64,000 bases of DNA from an uncultured Christensenella sp. (GTDB taxonomy: Bacteria; Bacillota; Clostridia; Christensenellales; UBA1242): assembly GCA_949294455.1 (NCBI GenBank), contig CASFHD010000001.1, positions 76,215 to 140,214 on the forward strand, given 5' to 3'. The position numbers were made by a program, and so were the translations under genes. This document shows, in pieces, positions 29,821-40,231 of this stretch (within the stretch, counting starts at the first letter, position 1; each line of letters begins with the position of its first letter). Below the pieces are notes generated by a model that was not told where the DNA came from, did not search any database, and worked only from the letters and a program-made list of their open reading frames with translations.

Positions 29821-32120
29821 CCTCTGTAATATATGCGAGCGACTAAGACAGTTAAATCGTCTTTTGCTTGCATATTTTTTTCTTTTAAATATTCGATTAT
29901 TGTTTCTGCAATTATTTGTGGATTAATACTAGCAATTGAATTCACATACGCAATCATTTCATCAATACCATCAAAAGCGTCTGTAACACCATCAGTTGCC
30001 ATAATCAAAATATCTTGAGAAGACATTGATACTCTAATTGTATTTACTTTAATTTTATCAACTATACCAATAGGAACTGCGCTACCTTCAATTTTATCAA
30101 CTGAACTTTTTCGCTTTATAATGCTGAATGGAGCACCTAATTTAATAATATCAATAGTTTCATCATCTAAATTAACTATAGCAAGGTCTAATGCAGAATA
30201 ACATTCATTTATATTTACCGACAATAATTTATTTACGCTTTCTATAATACTATCATTATCAAACCCAGCCTTGTAAAAACTTTCTATTAAACTTAATGTA
30301 TTAGCGGACATAATTTGAGCTTCAACTCCACTGCCCATACCATCACAAAGCGCAAGTAAAAATTTCGAATTATTAAGTTTAATCACGCTATACGCATCTC
30401 CGCTAGCAGTTGAACCCAATTTGGTTTCTTTAGCGACTCCAAAAACAATATTAAATTTAGATGCAAGAGATAATGTTACCGAATAGAAATCTTCCGTGTC
30501 GCTAGGGGATACTTTCACAACTTCAAATCTTTTTTTAAGAATAGAACTTACTACTTTTTCAATTTGTTGATTATAAGCATTATCACCTTTAATAATTAAA
30601 ACTATCCTTTCATTTACTTCACAAGTTTTATATAACAAAACTTCAGTACATATTATATTAAAAGATAACAATTTTTCGATGATTTTACTTTCGATAGTGT
30701 AATCTACACGGATGTTATTGTCTATTTCTTTACCTAGATTCAACATTAAATTTCCAACAGAACCAATTTGGTCTGATAATAAAATTTTAACATTATTTAC
30801 TTCAGACTGCATACCTTCAAAATCTTTAAATTGCAAAACTTTTGTATTAATAGCACTTAAAATAGTATTTACTTTATTACATCTGGCTGTTAAACTTGCT
30901 GGCAAATCTAATATGCTAATTTTACCTTTTTGTAAAGCCTTTTCAACCATTTTATTTATAGTTGTGAGTTCTGTTTCAATATATGTTTTATGACATTTAT
31001 TCTTATCAATACAATCTTTACAACACTCTTTACACAAATCACTTGAAAGCATTTTTACAACTTGTTCTTTTGTGAGTTGCTTTTTAATCATACTTCTGTA
31101 AATCCTTTCCATATCATTAAAAGCAGTGGATAAGTTTAATAATCTCATATAGATATTTTTTCTAGCAACATTTAATACACTTTCTACACCTTTTTCATTT
31201 TTCATTACATACATTCTAGATTCTAGGTTTGTTAACCACGACTTAGGAATAAGAACATACACACAACTAACAATTATTGTAGGTAAAATATAATTTAAAA
31301 CATCAATATTGTTGAAAAATAAATAATACAAACCTAAATCTACTAATATTAAAACTAAAGATGATTTTATTCTTTCATCTTTTCTAAAAATAAGTAAACT
31401 AGAAGTAATTAATGCAAACATCGCTAAATAGTTTAAATCTTGTAATGTAATAGCGACACCCAAACCAAAAGCAATACTAAACATCAATGCCCAAGTTCGT
31501 TTGTCCGTACCAACCAAAAGACAGGAAAATATCAAACAAACAAGTTTTGAAATATCAAAACTTTGAATGTGAAAATTAGACACGCCAATTGCAAAAACAG
31601 TAACTATTGCAAAAATGCTTAAATATTCATCAAGTGTAAACACTAAATATTTATTTCTATATAAAATCACCTGCAAAACATTCACAGACATATACAAAAA
31701 GAGAATACCAAAAAATAGATATATTAAAATATTTCTTGTAGGAGTTTTTTCAACTACCTGAAAATACAACAATGCAAATTGACTAATAATGTAATACAAA
31801 CTCACCAAATAAACATTCATAGGAATTTTTATAATTTTGTGTAGTAAATAAAACAATATCAAAACACCTATAGTCATAGAGATAAGAATCAAAGCGTCAA
31901 TCGTCATATTAAAAAAAATATTTGCAAAAAAATATTCCACACTTATAATATAAAGATTAAAATTGCACCAAACCAAAGCGAATAAAAAAGCACTAGAAAA
32001 TGGAGAATATTCAAATCCTATATTGCTATTAGAAAATATAATCAACAATAAAAAAGGTATTAAATATTTTAAAATTAAATAAGTTTTTTGTTTAACAATC
32101 CTTGCTTGCAATTTATTCAT
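29817..32120 (-). CDS. spoIIE: Stage II sporulation protein E (membrane PP2C phosphatase)
   Basis: About 10 N-terminal TM segments. C-terminal PP2C motifs LALCDGMGSG and ILIMATDGVTD. Confidence 0.9.
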   Translation of the reverse strand: MNKLQARIVKQKTYLILKYLIPFLLLIIFSNSNIGFEYSPFSSAFLFALVWCNFNLYIISVEYFFANIFFNMTIDALILISMTIGVLILFYLLHKIIKIPMNVYLVSLYYIISQFALLYFQVVEKTPTRNILIYLFFGILFLYMSVNVLQVILYRNKYLVFTLDEYLSIFAIVTVFAIGVSNFHIQSFDISKLVCLIFSCLLVGTDKRTWALMFSIAFGLGVAITLQDLNYLAMFALITSSLLIFRKDERIKSSLVLILVDLGLYYLFFNNIDVLNYILPTIIVSCVYVLIPKSWLTNLESRMYVMKNEKGVESVLNVARKNIYMRLLNLSTAFNDMERIYRSMIKKQLTKEQVVKMLSSDLCKECCKDCIDKNKCHKTYIETELTTINKMVEKALQKGKISILDLPASLTARCNKVNTILSAINTKVLQFKDFEGMQSEVNNVKILLSDQIGSVGNLMLNLGKEIDNNIRVDYTIESKIIEKLLSFNIICTEVLLYKTCEVNERIVLIIKGDNAYNQQIEKVVSSILKKRFEVVKVSPSDTEDFYSVTLSLASKFNIVFGVAKETKLGSTASGDAYSVIKLNNSKFLLALCDGMGSGVEAQIMSANTLSLIESFYKAGFDNDSIIESVNKLLSVNINECYSALDLAIVNLDDETIDIIKLGAPFSIIKRKSSVDKIEGSAVPIGIVDKIKVNTIRVSMSSQDILIMATDGVTDAFDGIDEMIAYVNSIASINPQIIAETIIEYLKEKNMQAKDDLTVLVARIYYRG

Positions 32121-32164
32121 AATACACCTTACGCCTAGTATAATATGAAAAATTTAATAATTTT

Positions 32165-32200
32165 TATAAAAAATACAGCAAATTTTGTAATTTTTGCTGT
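32165..32200 (-). terminator. Rho-independent terminator downstream of pheT
   Basis: ACAGCAAA (32175..32182) pairs with TTTGCTGT (32193..32200). On the minus strand the stem is followed by ATTTTTTAT. Confidence 0.6.
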
Positions 32201-32261
32201 AAATTTTGATTTTTTTAATTTTTTTTGTAAGATTTTACATTCGAAGATATAATATGATATT

Positions 32262-34634
32262 TTAGTATCTAAATTCAATATTAGATTTCGATAGTTCTTT
32301 TATAACCCTATCTGTAAAAATTTTAACATCATCAGCACTCAATGTTTTGTTGTTTGCACATAAAACAAATCTAATGGTAATGCTTTTTTTGTTACCCAAT
32401 TTTTCTTTATCTTTATATGTTTCTATTAACTTATATTTCTTTAAAAATTTATAATGCATAGAAGATATTATATCTTTTAATTTTTGATATGGAATATCTT
32501 CATCGCATACAAAACTTAAATCCACATCTGTGCTTGGGAATTTTGATACCGCGGACATTTTTATTTCAGATTTCTTAATGTTGGATAATTTTCCAAAATC
32601 AACTTCTAAAAATGCGATACTTAATTTTTTATCAATAATATTTTCAACTTTTGGGTGAACAATAGATATAACACCTAATTCTGTATTATTAACAATTATC
32701 TGCATATTTTCAACAGGGTGCATATAATCTTTAACTTTAGAGTTATCAACAAATTTAACTTCAACAGACTTTAGTTCAAAAACTAATTCTTTAATCTCTT
32801 TTGCCAATTCCTTATAAAGAGTTTTGCTATCTTGATTTTTAGACGCTTTAACCATACAAAGATGAGTATTTTCAACTACTTGATTTTTTTCATCGAAACC
32901 GTTGAACACTTCGCCAATTTCAAAAATATTAATATTATCAAAATCTTGTTTATTAATTATTACAGCATCGAGCAAGGTTATAATCATATTGCTTCTCAAT
33001 TCATTATCACCAGAAATTGAATTTAATATTTGCACATTTTTATCCACATTTAATTTTAATTCTTTTATTAACGCTCTTTTTTGCCAAATATTCGAATGAA
33101 CTTCTGAATATGAAAATCTATTGCATAAATATTTTTTAGCATTCATCATATCCTCATGGAAAATATTTATAGCAGTAGGAGCAACAGGCATCATATTGGA
33201 TTTAGGTTGTATCTTGTTATAGCCATACATTCTAGCAACTTCTTCAACAATATCAGATTTATTGCTTATATCTTTTGTCGCTCTAAAACTTGGGACAAAT
33301 ATTTTGTAATTATGATTATTGTTTTGAATTTTAAATCCTAATCTTGTCAAGATATCTATAATTTGACTTTCATTAATAACTTCACCTATATAATCATCAA
33401 TAAATTTTTTACTAATATCAATAACGATTTTGTCATAATGTTTTTTATAAATATCAGTGTAAGAACTGACTACTTTTATATTAGTGTCAATATTTTTCAA
33501 AAGATATAGGTATCTAGCAGTTGCAATTTCACAAAGTTCAGGGTCTAAAGTTTTTTCATATCTATTTGAAGAGTCTGTTCTTGTACCAATAGCGTTAGCA
33601 CATAGTCTTACTGCCTTTGCATAAAAATTTGCACTTTCTAAAAGTATTGAGTTGGTATCGTCCGTTATTTCACTATCTAAACCACCCATAACTCCAGCGA
33701 CAGCAACTACATCATCTTTGTTACAAATTACAGTACTACCTTGTGGCAATTTCTTTTCAATCTTGTCTAGTGTCATAAAACTAGTAGGGCTAACAAGGTC
33801 CTTAACTATTATTTCATTTACTTTTTTACCATCAAATGCGTGCATAGGTTGCCCTAATTCGAGCATAACATAATTTGTCAAATCAGCCAAAAGATTTATA
33901 GGTCGCATACCGCAATAAAATAAACGCACTTTTGTTTTATAATCACTTTCGTGAATGTTTACATTTTCCACTTTAATAGCGGAATATCTGTAACAATTTT
34001 CGCTTTCAACTTTAACATTTAATTTAGGTAAATTATTAAAATTCATTAAATCTACACTAGCAATAGATTTTAAAGGTTTTTTCAATATGCATGCAACTTC
34101 TCTAGCAAAACCATAATGCCCCCACAAATCAGGCCTATTTGTTAATGATTTATTGTCAATTTCTAATACTACATCTTTTAACCCTAACAATTTTATGGCA
34201 TCAGTGCCAACTTCTATTGAATCATCTAATATAATAATACCTTCGCTTTCAACATTTAAGCCTAATTCTTCTTCACTGCAACACATTCCTTGACTTTTAT
34301 AACCCGCTACTAATCTCTCTTTGATTTTCATTCCTGGTAGCGTTCCACCAACTTTTACAACTACTACTTTTACACCTTTTTTTACATTAGGGGCACCGCA
34401 AACAATATCCAATATTTCATTTCCTACATCTACTTTTAATAAATGCAAATGGTCGCTGTTAGGGTGAGAGTCGCACTCTAAAACTTTACCTACAACCAAA
34501 TTAGAAATATCATTTCCTTTATATTCAACTCCTTCCAATTCGCAAGTCATAACTGTTAAATTGTCAATTAAAGTTAATTCGTCTAATTCATCAATATCTA
34601 CAAAATCACGCAACCAATTTAAACTTATTTTCAT
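32262..34634 (-). CDS. pheT: Phenylalanine--tRNA ligase beta subunit
   Basis: 790 aa. N-terminus MKISLNWLRDFVDI, tRNA-binding domain, B3/4, B5 and FDX-ACB architecture. Confidence 0.95.
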   Translation of the reverse strand: MKISLNWLRDFVDIDELDELTLIDNLTVMTCELEGVEYKGNDISNLVVGKVLECDSHPNSDHLHLLKVDVGNEILDIVCGAPNVKKGVKVVVVKVGGTLPGMKIKERLVAGYKSQGMCCSEEELGLNVESEGIIILDDSIEVGTDAIKLLGLKDVVLEIDNKSLTNRPDLWGHYGFAREVACILKKPLKSIASVDLMNFNNLPKLNVKVESENCYRYSAIKVENVNIHESDYKTKVRLFYCGMRPINLLADLTNYVMLELGQPMHAFDGKKVNEIIVKDLVSPTSFMTLDKIEKKLPQGSTVICNKDDVVAVAGVMGGLDSEITDDTNSILLESANFYAKAVRLCANAIGTRTDSSNRYEKTLDPELCEIATARYLYLLKNIDTNIKVVSSYTDIYKKHYDKIVIDISKKFIDDYIGEVINESQIIDILTRLGFKIQNNNHNYKIFVPSFRATKDISNKSDIVEEVARMYGYNKIQPKSNMMPVAPTAINIFHEDMMNAKKYLCNRFSYSEVHSNIWQKRALIKELKLNVDKNVQILNSISGDNELRSNMIITLLDAVIINKQDFDNINIFEIGEVFNGFDEKNQVVENTHLCMVKASKNQDSKTLYKELAKEIKELVFELKSVEVKFVDNSKVKDYMHPVENMQIIVNNTELGVISIVHPKVENIIDKKLSIAFLEVDFGKLSNIKKSEIKMSAVSKFPSTDVDLSFVCDEDIPYQKLKDIISSMHYKFLKKYKLIETYKDKEKLGNKKSITIRFVLCANNKTLSADDVKIFTDRVIKELSKSNIEFRY

Positions 34635-34987
34635 ATTTTCTCCTGTTATATTTTTATTTATTTTTAATTTTATTTTTATCTATATTTTTTTATTTATTAA
34701 TTTTTTATTTACTGTTTTTTCATAATTAATTTTAATTTTTTAATAATTATTTTAATTTTTTTAATAATTATTTTAATTTTGTCTAATTAAATTTATTTAA
34801 TTTGTCATTTAACTTAAATTTTTATAAATAATTAGATGATTTATATAATTTTTTACTGTTTTTTATTATTTTTAATTATTTTATTTGATTTTTTGTTTTT
34901 TTTATTATTTTATTTTTAATTTTTTTGTTTTTATATTTATTTTTTTATTTAAATATTTTTTAAAATAATTTTAGTAATTAAAATTAA
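34635..34987. repeat. 353-bp extremely AT-rich, strand-skewed spacer between pheS and pheT, with a 20/21-bp tandem repeat
   Basis: No ORF. The plus strand is almost only T/A. TTTAATTTTT(T)TAATAATTAT is repeated about 2.5 times at 34729..34781. Confidence 0.8.
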
Positions 34988-36007
34988 TTATTCTTTAAAT
35001 TGATTTAATATTTTTAAATTACACGAGTTTAAATCCCTAATATCTGAAATTTCATATTTCATAAGTGCAAGTCTAGTAAGGCCCAGCCCAAAAGCAAAAC
35101 CTTGATATTTATCTGGGTCAACACCGCCTAATCTTAAAACATTTGGGTGAATCATACCACCAGGTATTAATTCTAGCCAACCAGAATTTTTACAAGTAGG
35201 ACAACCTTTGCCTTTACAAATACGACATTCAACATCAATTTCAAAACTAGGTTCAGTAAAAGGGAAATATCCTGGGCGCAATCTGTAATTTATTTTGTCA
35301 TTAAATATTTTTTGCAACAATTCGTCCATAAAATATTTAAGATTTGCAATTGAAATGTTTTTATCGACAATCATTCCTTCCATTTGGAAAAATGACATTT
35401 CGTGGCAAGCGTCAACATCTTCATTTCTAAAACATCTGCCTGGGAATATTGCCCTGATTGGCATATCTAAATTTCTTAAACAGTAATTTTGCATTGCAGA
35501 AGTTTGAGTTTTTAATAATTGCCCATTTTCAAGCCAAAACGTATCTTGCATATCTCTAGCAGGGTGGTCTTTGGGAACATTTACTGCTTCAAAATTTTCA
35601 AACTCAGTAACAACTTCTTTTTGAGCATCAATTACTGAAAAGCCCATTGATTTGAATATTTTTTCCAATTCAAGTTGCATTAAAGTAACAGGGTGTAAAC
35701 TTCCCATATTTTCTAATTCAATCTCACTTAAATCTGTCTTTACAGTACTACTAATTTCTTTTTCAAGCATTAAATTTTTTACTTTGATTTCTTTTTCGTC
35801 CAACAAGTTTGTAATATTCACTTTTAACAAATTCATATTTTTTCCAAAACTTGGCTTTTCTTCATTCGATAAAGTTTTTATTTTTTCCATTAAAGATTGA
35901 ACAATTCCTTTTTTGCCCAAATATTCAACTCTTAATGCATCTAACTCTGTCTCTTTGTTTGCATTGTTTAATTTATTCTCAAAATTTTTTAAAATATCTT
36001 CAAACAT
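34988..36007 (-). CDS. pheS: Phenylalanine--tRNA ligase alpha subunit
   Basis: HPARDMQDTFW, class II motif FPGRCFRNE, and GFAFGLGLTRLAL. AGGAG RBS. Confidence 0.95.
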   Translation of the reverse strand: MFEDILKNFENKLNNANKETELDALRVEYLGKKGIVQSLMEKIKTLSNEEKPSFGKNMNLLKVNITNLLDEKEIKVKNLMLEKEISSTVKTDLSEIELENMGSLHPVTLMQLELEKIFKSMGFSVIDAQKEVVTEFENFEAVNVPKDHPARDMQDTFWLENGQLLKTQTSAMQNYCLRNLDMPIRAIFPGRCFRNEDVDACHEMSFFQMEGMIVDKNISIANLKYFMDELLQKIFNDKINYRLRPGYFPFTEPSFEIDVECRICKGKGCPTCKNSGWLELIPGGMIHPNVLRLGGVDPDKYQGFAFGLGLTRLALMKYEISDIRDLNSCNLKILNQFKE

Positions 36008-36021
36008 ATTAACTCCTTAAA

Positions 36022-36250
36022 ACAAAAAAGTGCCCTATAACATAGGACACTAGGCAAGTGTGGTACCACCCAATTTTATACTCATTAATATTTTTACGGT
36101 TTTATCCGTCCTTTCTTAATGCAATGCTTTACCGAAAGGAAACTCCACTATTGAAATTCAAATTTTGACCTTGACAAGAACTTCCCAGCCACGAGTTCTC
36201 TCTCTTTAGTTGTATCAAAATTTTACTATATAGTTTCACAGTTTTTATTA
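36022..36250 (-). promoter_or_regulatory. T-box riboswitch leader (Phe specifier) with terminator/antiterminator
   Basis: Minus strand carries the T-box sequence AATTGGGTGGTACCACAC (about 36056..36075). A terminator, AGTGTCCTA-TGTT-ATAGGGCACT + TTTTTGTT, follows. Stem I opens with AGAGAGAGAAC. A UUC-A is present in the candidate specifier loop (GAATTTCAATAG). Confidence 0.85.
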
Positions 36251-36259
36251 AGTTAGTAA

Positions 36260-36288
36260 ATTTTAACACAACATATAATTTTTGTCAA
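36260..36288 (-). promoter_or_regulatory. Sigma-A-type promoter of the pheST T-box leader
   Basis: Minus strand reads TTGACA (36288..36283), a 17-nt spacer, then TAAAAT (36265..36260). Confidence 0.6.
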
Positions 36289-36299
36289 ACAAAATTTTA

Positions 36300-37556
36300 C
36301 TATGCATTATCTATAACTGAAACAGTTACTTCTAATTGTACTCCATCTAAATAATAATCTACTGTAGATAAATATTCAGTCCATTTTTTATAATGATATT
36401 TGTTAAATTTTGAATATATATTTAATGTTTCAAATTCCATATTTTTTAAATATTCAAAAGCAGTTGTAATATCTGTTTTAATTTTTTCTTCCAAGAGATT
36501 TCTAATAGATTTATTTAAAAAATTAGAATAATTAGTCAAAAATTTATCATTTTTACCATTTTCTACAACTTCTTCAATTGTGCAAAATGCCTGTATATTT
36601 ACTTTTAGCACGGGAATATTCCCTTCAAAATAAGTATCTACATCAAGTTTTTTATTCTCCATCAATATAGACACATCTGCGTTATTATATAATTCATCAG
36701 TAACATTATGCAAAATGAAATTTCCACTTCTAGAGCCAGTATGCAGTATGTTTATTTTTGACATATCAACGCTACTTACTTCAAATTCTTTTATACCTTG
36801 TTTAAAAACAGAAGTTGTACCATCATTTACAAAATATAGTTCATCACTAGAAGACGCACTTCCACTCGCACTGCTACCGCCACCAGCACTAGTAGAACCT
36901 TCATTGCCTGAGTTAGATGAAGAATTTTCACCCGATGCTTTTACTTTTATAGCATTTATTTTTTGTTCAGTTGTTATTTCAACTTTTGGCATTATTGCTA
37001 CCCCTATATCGCTATAATAACCTGAATAAAACGCTTCAATATTTGATTCACTTGCGTCTAAAGAGTCTTTGTTGTAAGAGATTATTTCTGCAATTTCAAG
37101 ATTTAATGTTTCATTTAAATATGTCATTGCTTCTAAAAATTTAAAAGGTTCTTTATTAAAATTCAATAATTTAGCATTTCTGCCCACTTTTTTTGTTCTT
37201 GTAAAAAAATCTAATACTTTTAAAATTCCTTCGTTGCATAAATTATCACCTACAGCCATAACATCACAATGTGCCAGTCCAATATCTTTTCCCAATTGCA
37301 CGGAAACATTTTCCAATGCTTTTGAAATAGTTTCACCACTTCCGCTAAAAGTTTTTGTCGTTTTTCCACCTGATGAAGGAGTAATAATATTAACAGCGAC
37401 TTCAATCTTTTCACCATCACTATCGACAGCAAGCAAATTTACTACAGCTAGTCGATTTCCTTGTGCTTCAGCAGATATTCCACCAATTCCAAGTAAAAAT
37501 ATAATAACAAGCAAAATACACAATAAAGATTTATAACTAAATATTTTTTTTATCAT
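36300..37556 (-). CDS. Ger(x)C-family spore germination protein
   Basis: Third gene of the gerA-type operon. Start set at ATG 37556 (MIKKIFSYKSLLC...), with GGAGGG upstream; it overlaps the gerB-type stop. Carries a Ser/Gly-rich insert. Confidence 0.8.
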   Translation of the reverse strand: MIKKIFSYKSLLCILLVIIFLLGIGGISAEAQGNRLAVVNLLAVDSDGEKIEVAVNIITPSSGGKTTKTFSGSGETISKALENVSVQLGKDIGLAHCDVMAVGDNLCNEGILKVLDFFTRTKKVGRNAKLLNFNKEPFKFLEAMTYLNETLNLEIAEIISYNKDSLDASESNIEAFYSGYYSDIGVAIMPKVEITTEQKINAIKVKASGENSSSNSGNEGSTSAGGGSSASGSASSSDELYFVNDGTTSVFKQGIKEFEVSSVDMSKINILHTGSRSGNFILHNVTDELYNNADVSILMENKKLDVDTYFEGNIPVLKVNIQAFCTIEEVVENGKNDKFLTNYSNFLNKSIRNLLEEKIKTDITTAFEYLKNMEFETLNIYSKFNKYHYKKWTEYLSTVDYYLDGVQLEVTVSVIDNA

Positions 37557-38649
37557 ACTTTTGCCCTCCGCGACAATGTAAGTTATAATTAATTGTTGAA
37601 GCAACAAATAAGATATATGGTAAAATATAGGCTATAATTATCACAAAGATTTTAATCCCCGTAGAATAAAATACAATTCTTAAATGTGTTATTTGTTCAC
37701 TTAATATTATACAAAAAATCATATAAATACCTATTAATATTATAGGAATATCTTTTTTACAATTAAATAGTAGAGATATTGATTTAGATGCAACATTTGC
37801 ATAAATTGCAAGTTGCAAAACTTGTGCAATCATCCAAATTACTACAACCAGCCAAGCAATCTCATTTAAAGACCCTGATGAACTTGAAATTTGACTGATA
37901 TCACTTATAGCAAAAGAATGTTGAGAAGAAGTGATATTAAATAAGCCATAAAATGTAAAAAATAATAGTGAGTAGATAAAAATTGTTATAATTATATAAA
38001 ACCAAAACTTTTTTTGATTAGACTTTAAATCAACTCTACCAAAGAATAAAAACAAAACATTAAATGACCCAAACCAAGCAATATGTGAATATGCTGAGTT
38101 TATTATAGGTTTAAAACCATCTTTTAAAATAGGCAAGAAAAAATCAAATTCTACATTCCCCATACTAGAAACAATAATAAAAATAACACCAATAATAATC
38201 ACCCAAATAAAAACTTCTGCGACTTTTGCTATATTATAATCTCCATTCACGCATAAAAATGTTACGACGATAACCAAAGGGAGAACAAAAAGAGCCGATT
38301 TAAAATCAATAAATAAATTTTCTACAATAAAGAAATGTAAACCTTCTAAAGATAAAGCAATTTGTAACAAAAATAGTAATAACAAAGCAATGCAATAAAT
38401 TTTAGCAAAAATTTTGCCAAAGCACATTTTTACATATTCATAAAAATTTTTATTGCCTGCTCTTTTCAAAATAATATAAACCAAAAACGTCATTAAAACA
38501 TCTAATATTAGCATAATTATTGATGTTAAATAACTATCATTTTTTGCAACCTCATAAATTAAAGAAGGTAAAGCAAAAAATTTCAATGCAATAGTAGCCA
38601 AAAGTGTTATTATACCTAGTTGTCTGAAACTAAGTTTTTTCTTATTCAT
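37537..38649 (-). CDS. Ger(x)B-family spore germination permease
   Basis: 370 aa with about 10 TM segments (APC-type spore permease). N-terminus LSFRQLGIITLLATIALKFFALPS. Confidence 0.85.
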   Translation of the reverse strand: MNKKKLSFRQLGIITLLATIALKFFALPSLIYEVAKNDSYLTSIIMLILDVLMTFLVYIILKRAGNKNFYEYVKMCFGKIFAKIYCIALLLLFLLQIALSLEGLHFFIVENLFIDFKSALFVLPLVIVVTFLCVNGDYNIAKVAEVFIWVIIIGVIFIIVSSMGNVEFDFFLPILKDGFKPIINSAYSHIAWFGSFNVLFLFFGRVDLKSNQKKFWFYIIITIFIYSLLFFTFYGLFNITSSQHSFAISDISQISSSSGSLNEIAWLVVVIWMIAQVLQLAIYANVASKSISLLFNCKKDIPIILIGIYMIFCIILSEQITHLRIVFYSTGIKIFVIIIAYILPYILFVASTINYNLHCRGGQKYDKKNI

Positions 38650-40084
38650 TTATGTCCTCCCGCACTAAATTTTTTTTATTATTTTTAATTGATACAGGAC
38701 GAGTTCTCATTTCACTAATAGTCCTTTTAAACAAGTTGTCTTTTTGGTCATTTTTAATATAGGGAGAAAGAGGAGCCATATATTCGCTTGAAAATTCATT
38801 TATATTACATAAATAACTAACTAAAAAAACTAAAGATAATAAAATTCCATAAAGACCCAATATACCACCAACGATAGCAAAGATTAATCTTAAAAATGTA
38901 AATTGACCTGTTTGATTAGGTACTAAGTAAAAAGAAATTCCAGATAATGCGACGATCATAACAGCAGGAGGACTAACAAGACCAGCATTAACAGCTGTAT
39001 CACCCAAAATTAAAGCGCCAACAATACTTAATGCCATACCGACATATTGTGGCATTCTTAAGTTTGCCTCATATAAAATTTCAAATAAAATAATTATAAA
39101 AACTGTTTCAAAAAAAGGATTAAAAGGAATATCTTTTGCAGTATTCATAATTGTTATTAAAAATTCAGTAGGCAAAATTTTGTAATGATATATTTGTAAA
39201 GAAATATATATACCTGGTAATAAAATTGCAATAACCACACCTATAAGTCTTAAAAATCTTAAGAAAGTGGCTCTAATAGGCTGGTCGTAATAGTCTCCGC
39301 TGTCCTGCAAATCTTCAAGCAAAATAAAAGGTAATGTTATAGCAATAGGAGATCCATCAACTAAAATTCCAATTCTACCTTCTAAAATCTTTGAACATAA
39401 AATATCAGGTTTTTCGGTAGAGCCTGTCTGCTTAAAAATTGAATATTTTCTTTCTTTCAAAAAACCCGCAATATATGAACTATCAATAATCCCATCAATA
39501 TCAATTTTTTTTAATTTATTTTTGATTTTTTCAATAACTTGTTCACTTGCTATGCCTTTCAAATAAATAACAGACACCATAGTTTTCGTAATATTACCTA
39601 TTTCTTGAATATCAATACGCAAATTTTCATTTGGCAATCTTTTTCTTATAAGAGATAAATTTATTTTTATACTTTCAACAAATCCTTCTCTTGGTCCTTT
39701 TATCACGACAGAAGTCGGAGACTCTTGAATACTTCGTCCTACTATTTTTTCAACATTACAACAAATGACAGACGAGAATCCATCAACAATTAACACACAA
39801 TGACCTTTTAACAACTTTTCTTTAACAGTCATAATGTCCGTTTCAGTTGTAAATTCGATACTTAATAAATATTTGTTAACTAATTCTAATTCTTTAATAT
39901 TTTCATCAATATGCATTATTGGACGAATAATTTCTTCATTTATTCTAATTTCATCGCAAAGTTCTGCAAAATATATAATTACCGCCTGTTTGTTAGATAT
40001 AAAAAAATTTTTAACTTTCAAATCTTGCGGACTGTCAAATTCTTTTAATATTCTTGATTTTACATTGTTGAGATTAATTTTCAT
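38642..40084 (-). CDS. Ger(x)A-family spore germination protein
   Basis: GerA signature: SIQESPTSVVIKGPREGFVESIKINLSLIRKRL, plus C-terminal TM segments. Confidence 0.9.
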   Translation of the reverse strand: MKINLNNVKSRILKEFDSPQDLKVKNFFISNKQAVIIYFAELCDEIRINEEIIRPIMHIDENIKELELVNKYLLSIEFTTETDIMTVKEKLLKGHCVLIVDGFSSVICCNVEKIVGRSIQESPTSVVIKGPREGFVESIKINLSLIRKRLPNENLRIDIQEIGNITKTMVSVIYLKGIASEQVIEKIKNKLKKIDIDGIIDSSYIAGFLKERKYSIFKQTGSTEKPDILCSKILEGRIGILVDGSPIAITLPFILLEDLQDSGDYYDQPIRATFLRFLRLIGVVIAILLPGIYISLQIYHYKILPTEFLITIMNTAKDIPFNPFFETVFIIILFEILYEANLRMPQYVGMALSIVGALILGDTAVNAGLVSPPAVMIVALSGISFYLVPNQTGQFTFLRLIFAIVGGILGLYGILLSLVFLVSYLCNINEFSSEYMAPLSPYIKNDQKDNLFKRTISEMRTRPVSIKNNKKNLVREDINE

Positions 40085-40154
40085 AAAATCATTTTCTGCA
40101 ATATTTTAAAAAATATGATTTAATATAAAATAAATTAAAAGGAATTATTATAAA

Positions 40155-40183
40155 ATAATAAAAAAATGAACAAAATCGTTCAC
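40155..40183 (-). terminator. Weak rho-independent terminator after the LURP-one-like gene
   Basis: Minus strand reads GTGAAC-GATTTT-GTTCA followed by TTTTTTTATT. Confidence 0.35.
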
Positions 40184-40231
40184 TTTTTTATAACTACACA
40201 ATTAAAACAAATATTTATTTAAATCAAAATA

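Noticed and set aside
34635-34987. Hidden small gene, tRNA or sRNA in the pheS-pheT spacer
   Set aside because: No ORF of meaningful length occurs in any frame. No GC-containing stems could form a stable RNA, and the sequence is essentially homopolymeric A/T blocks.
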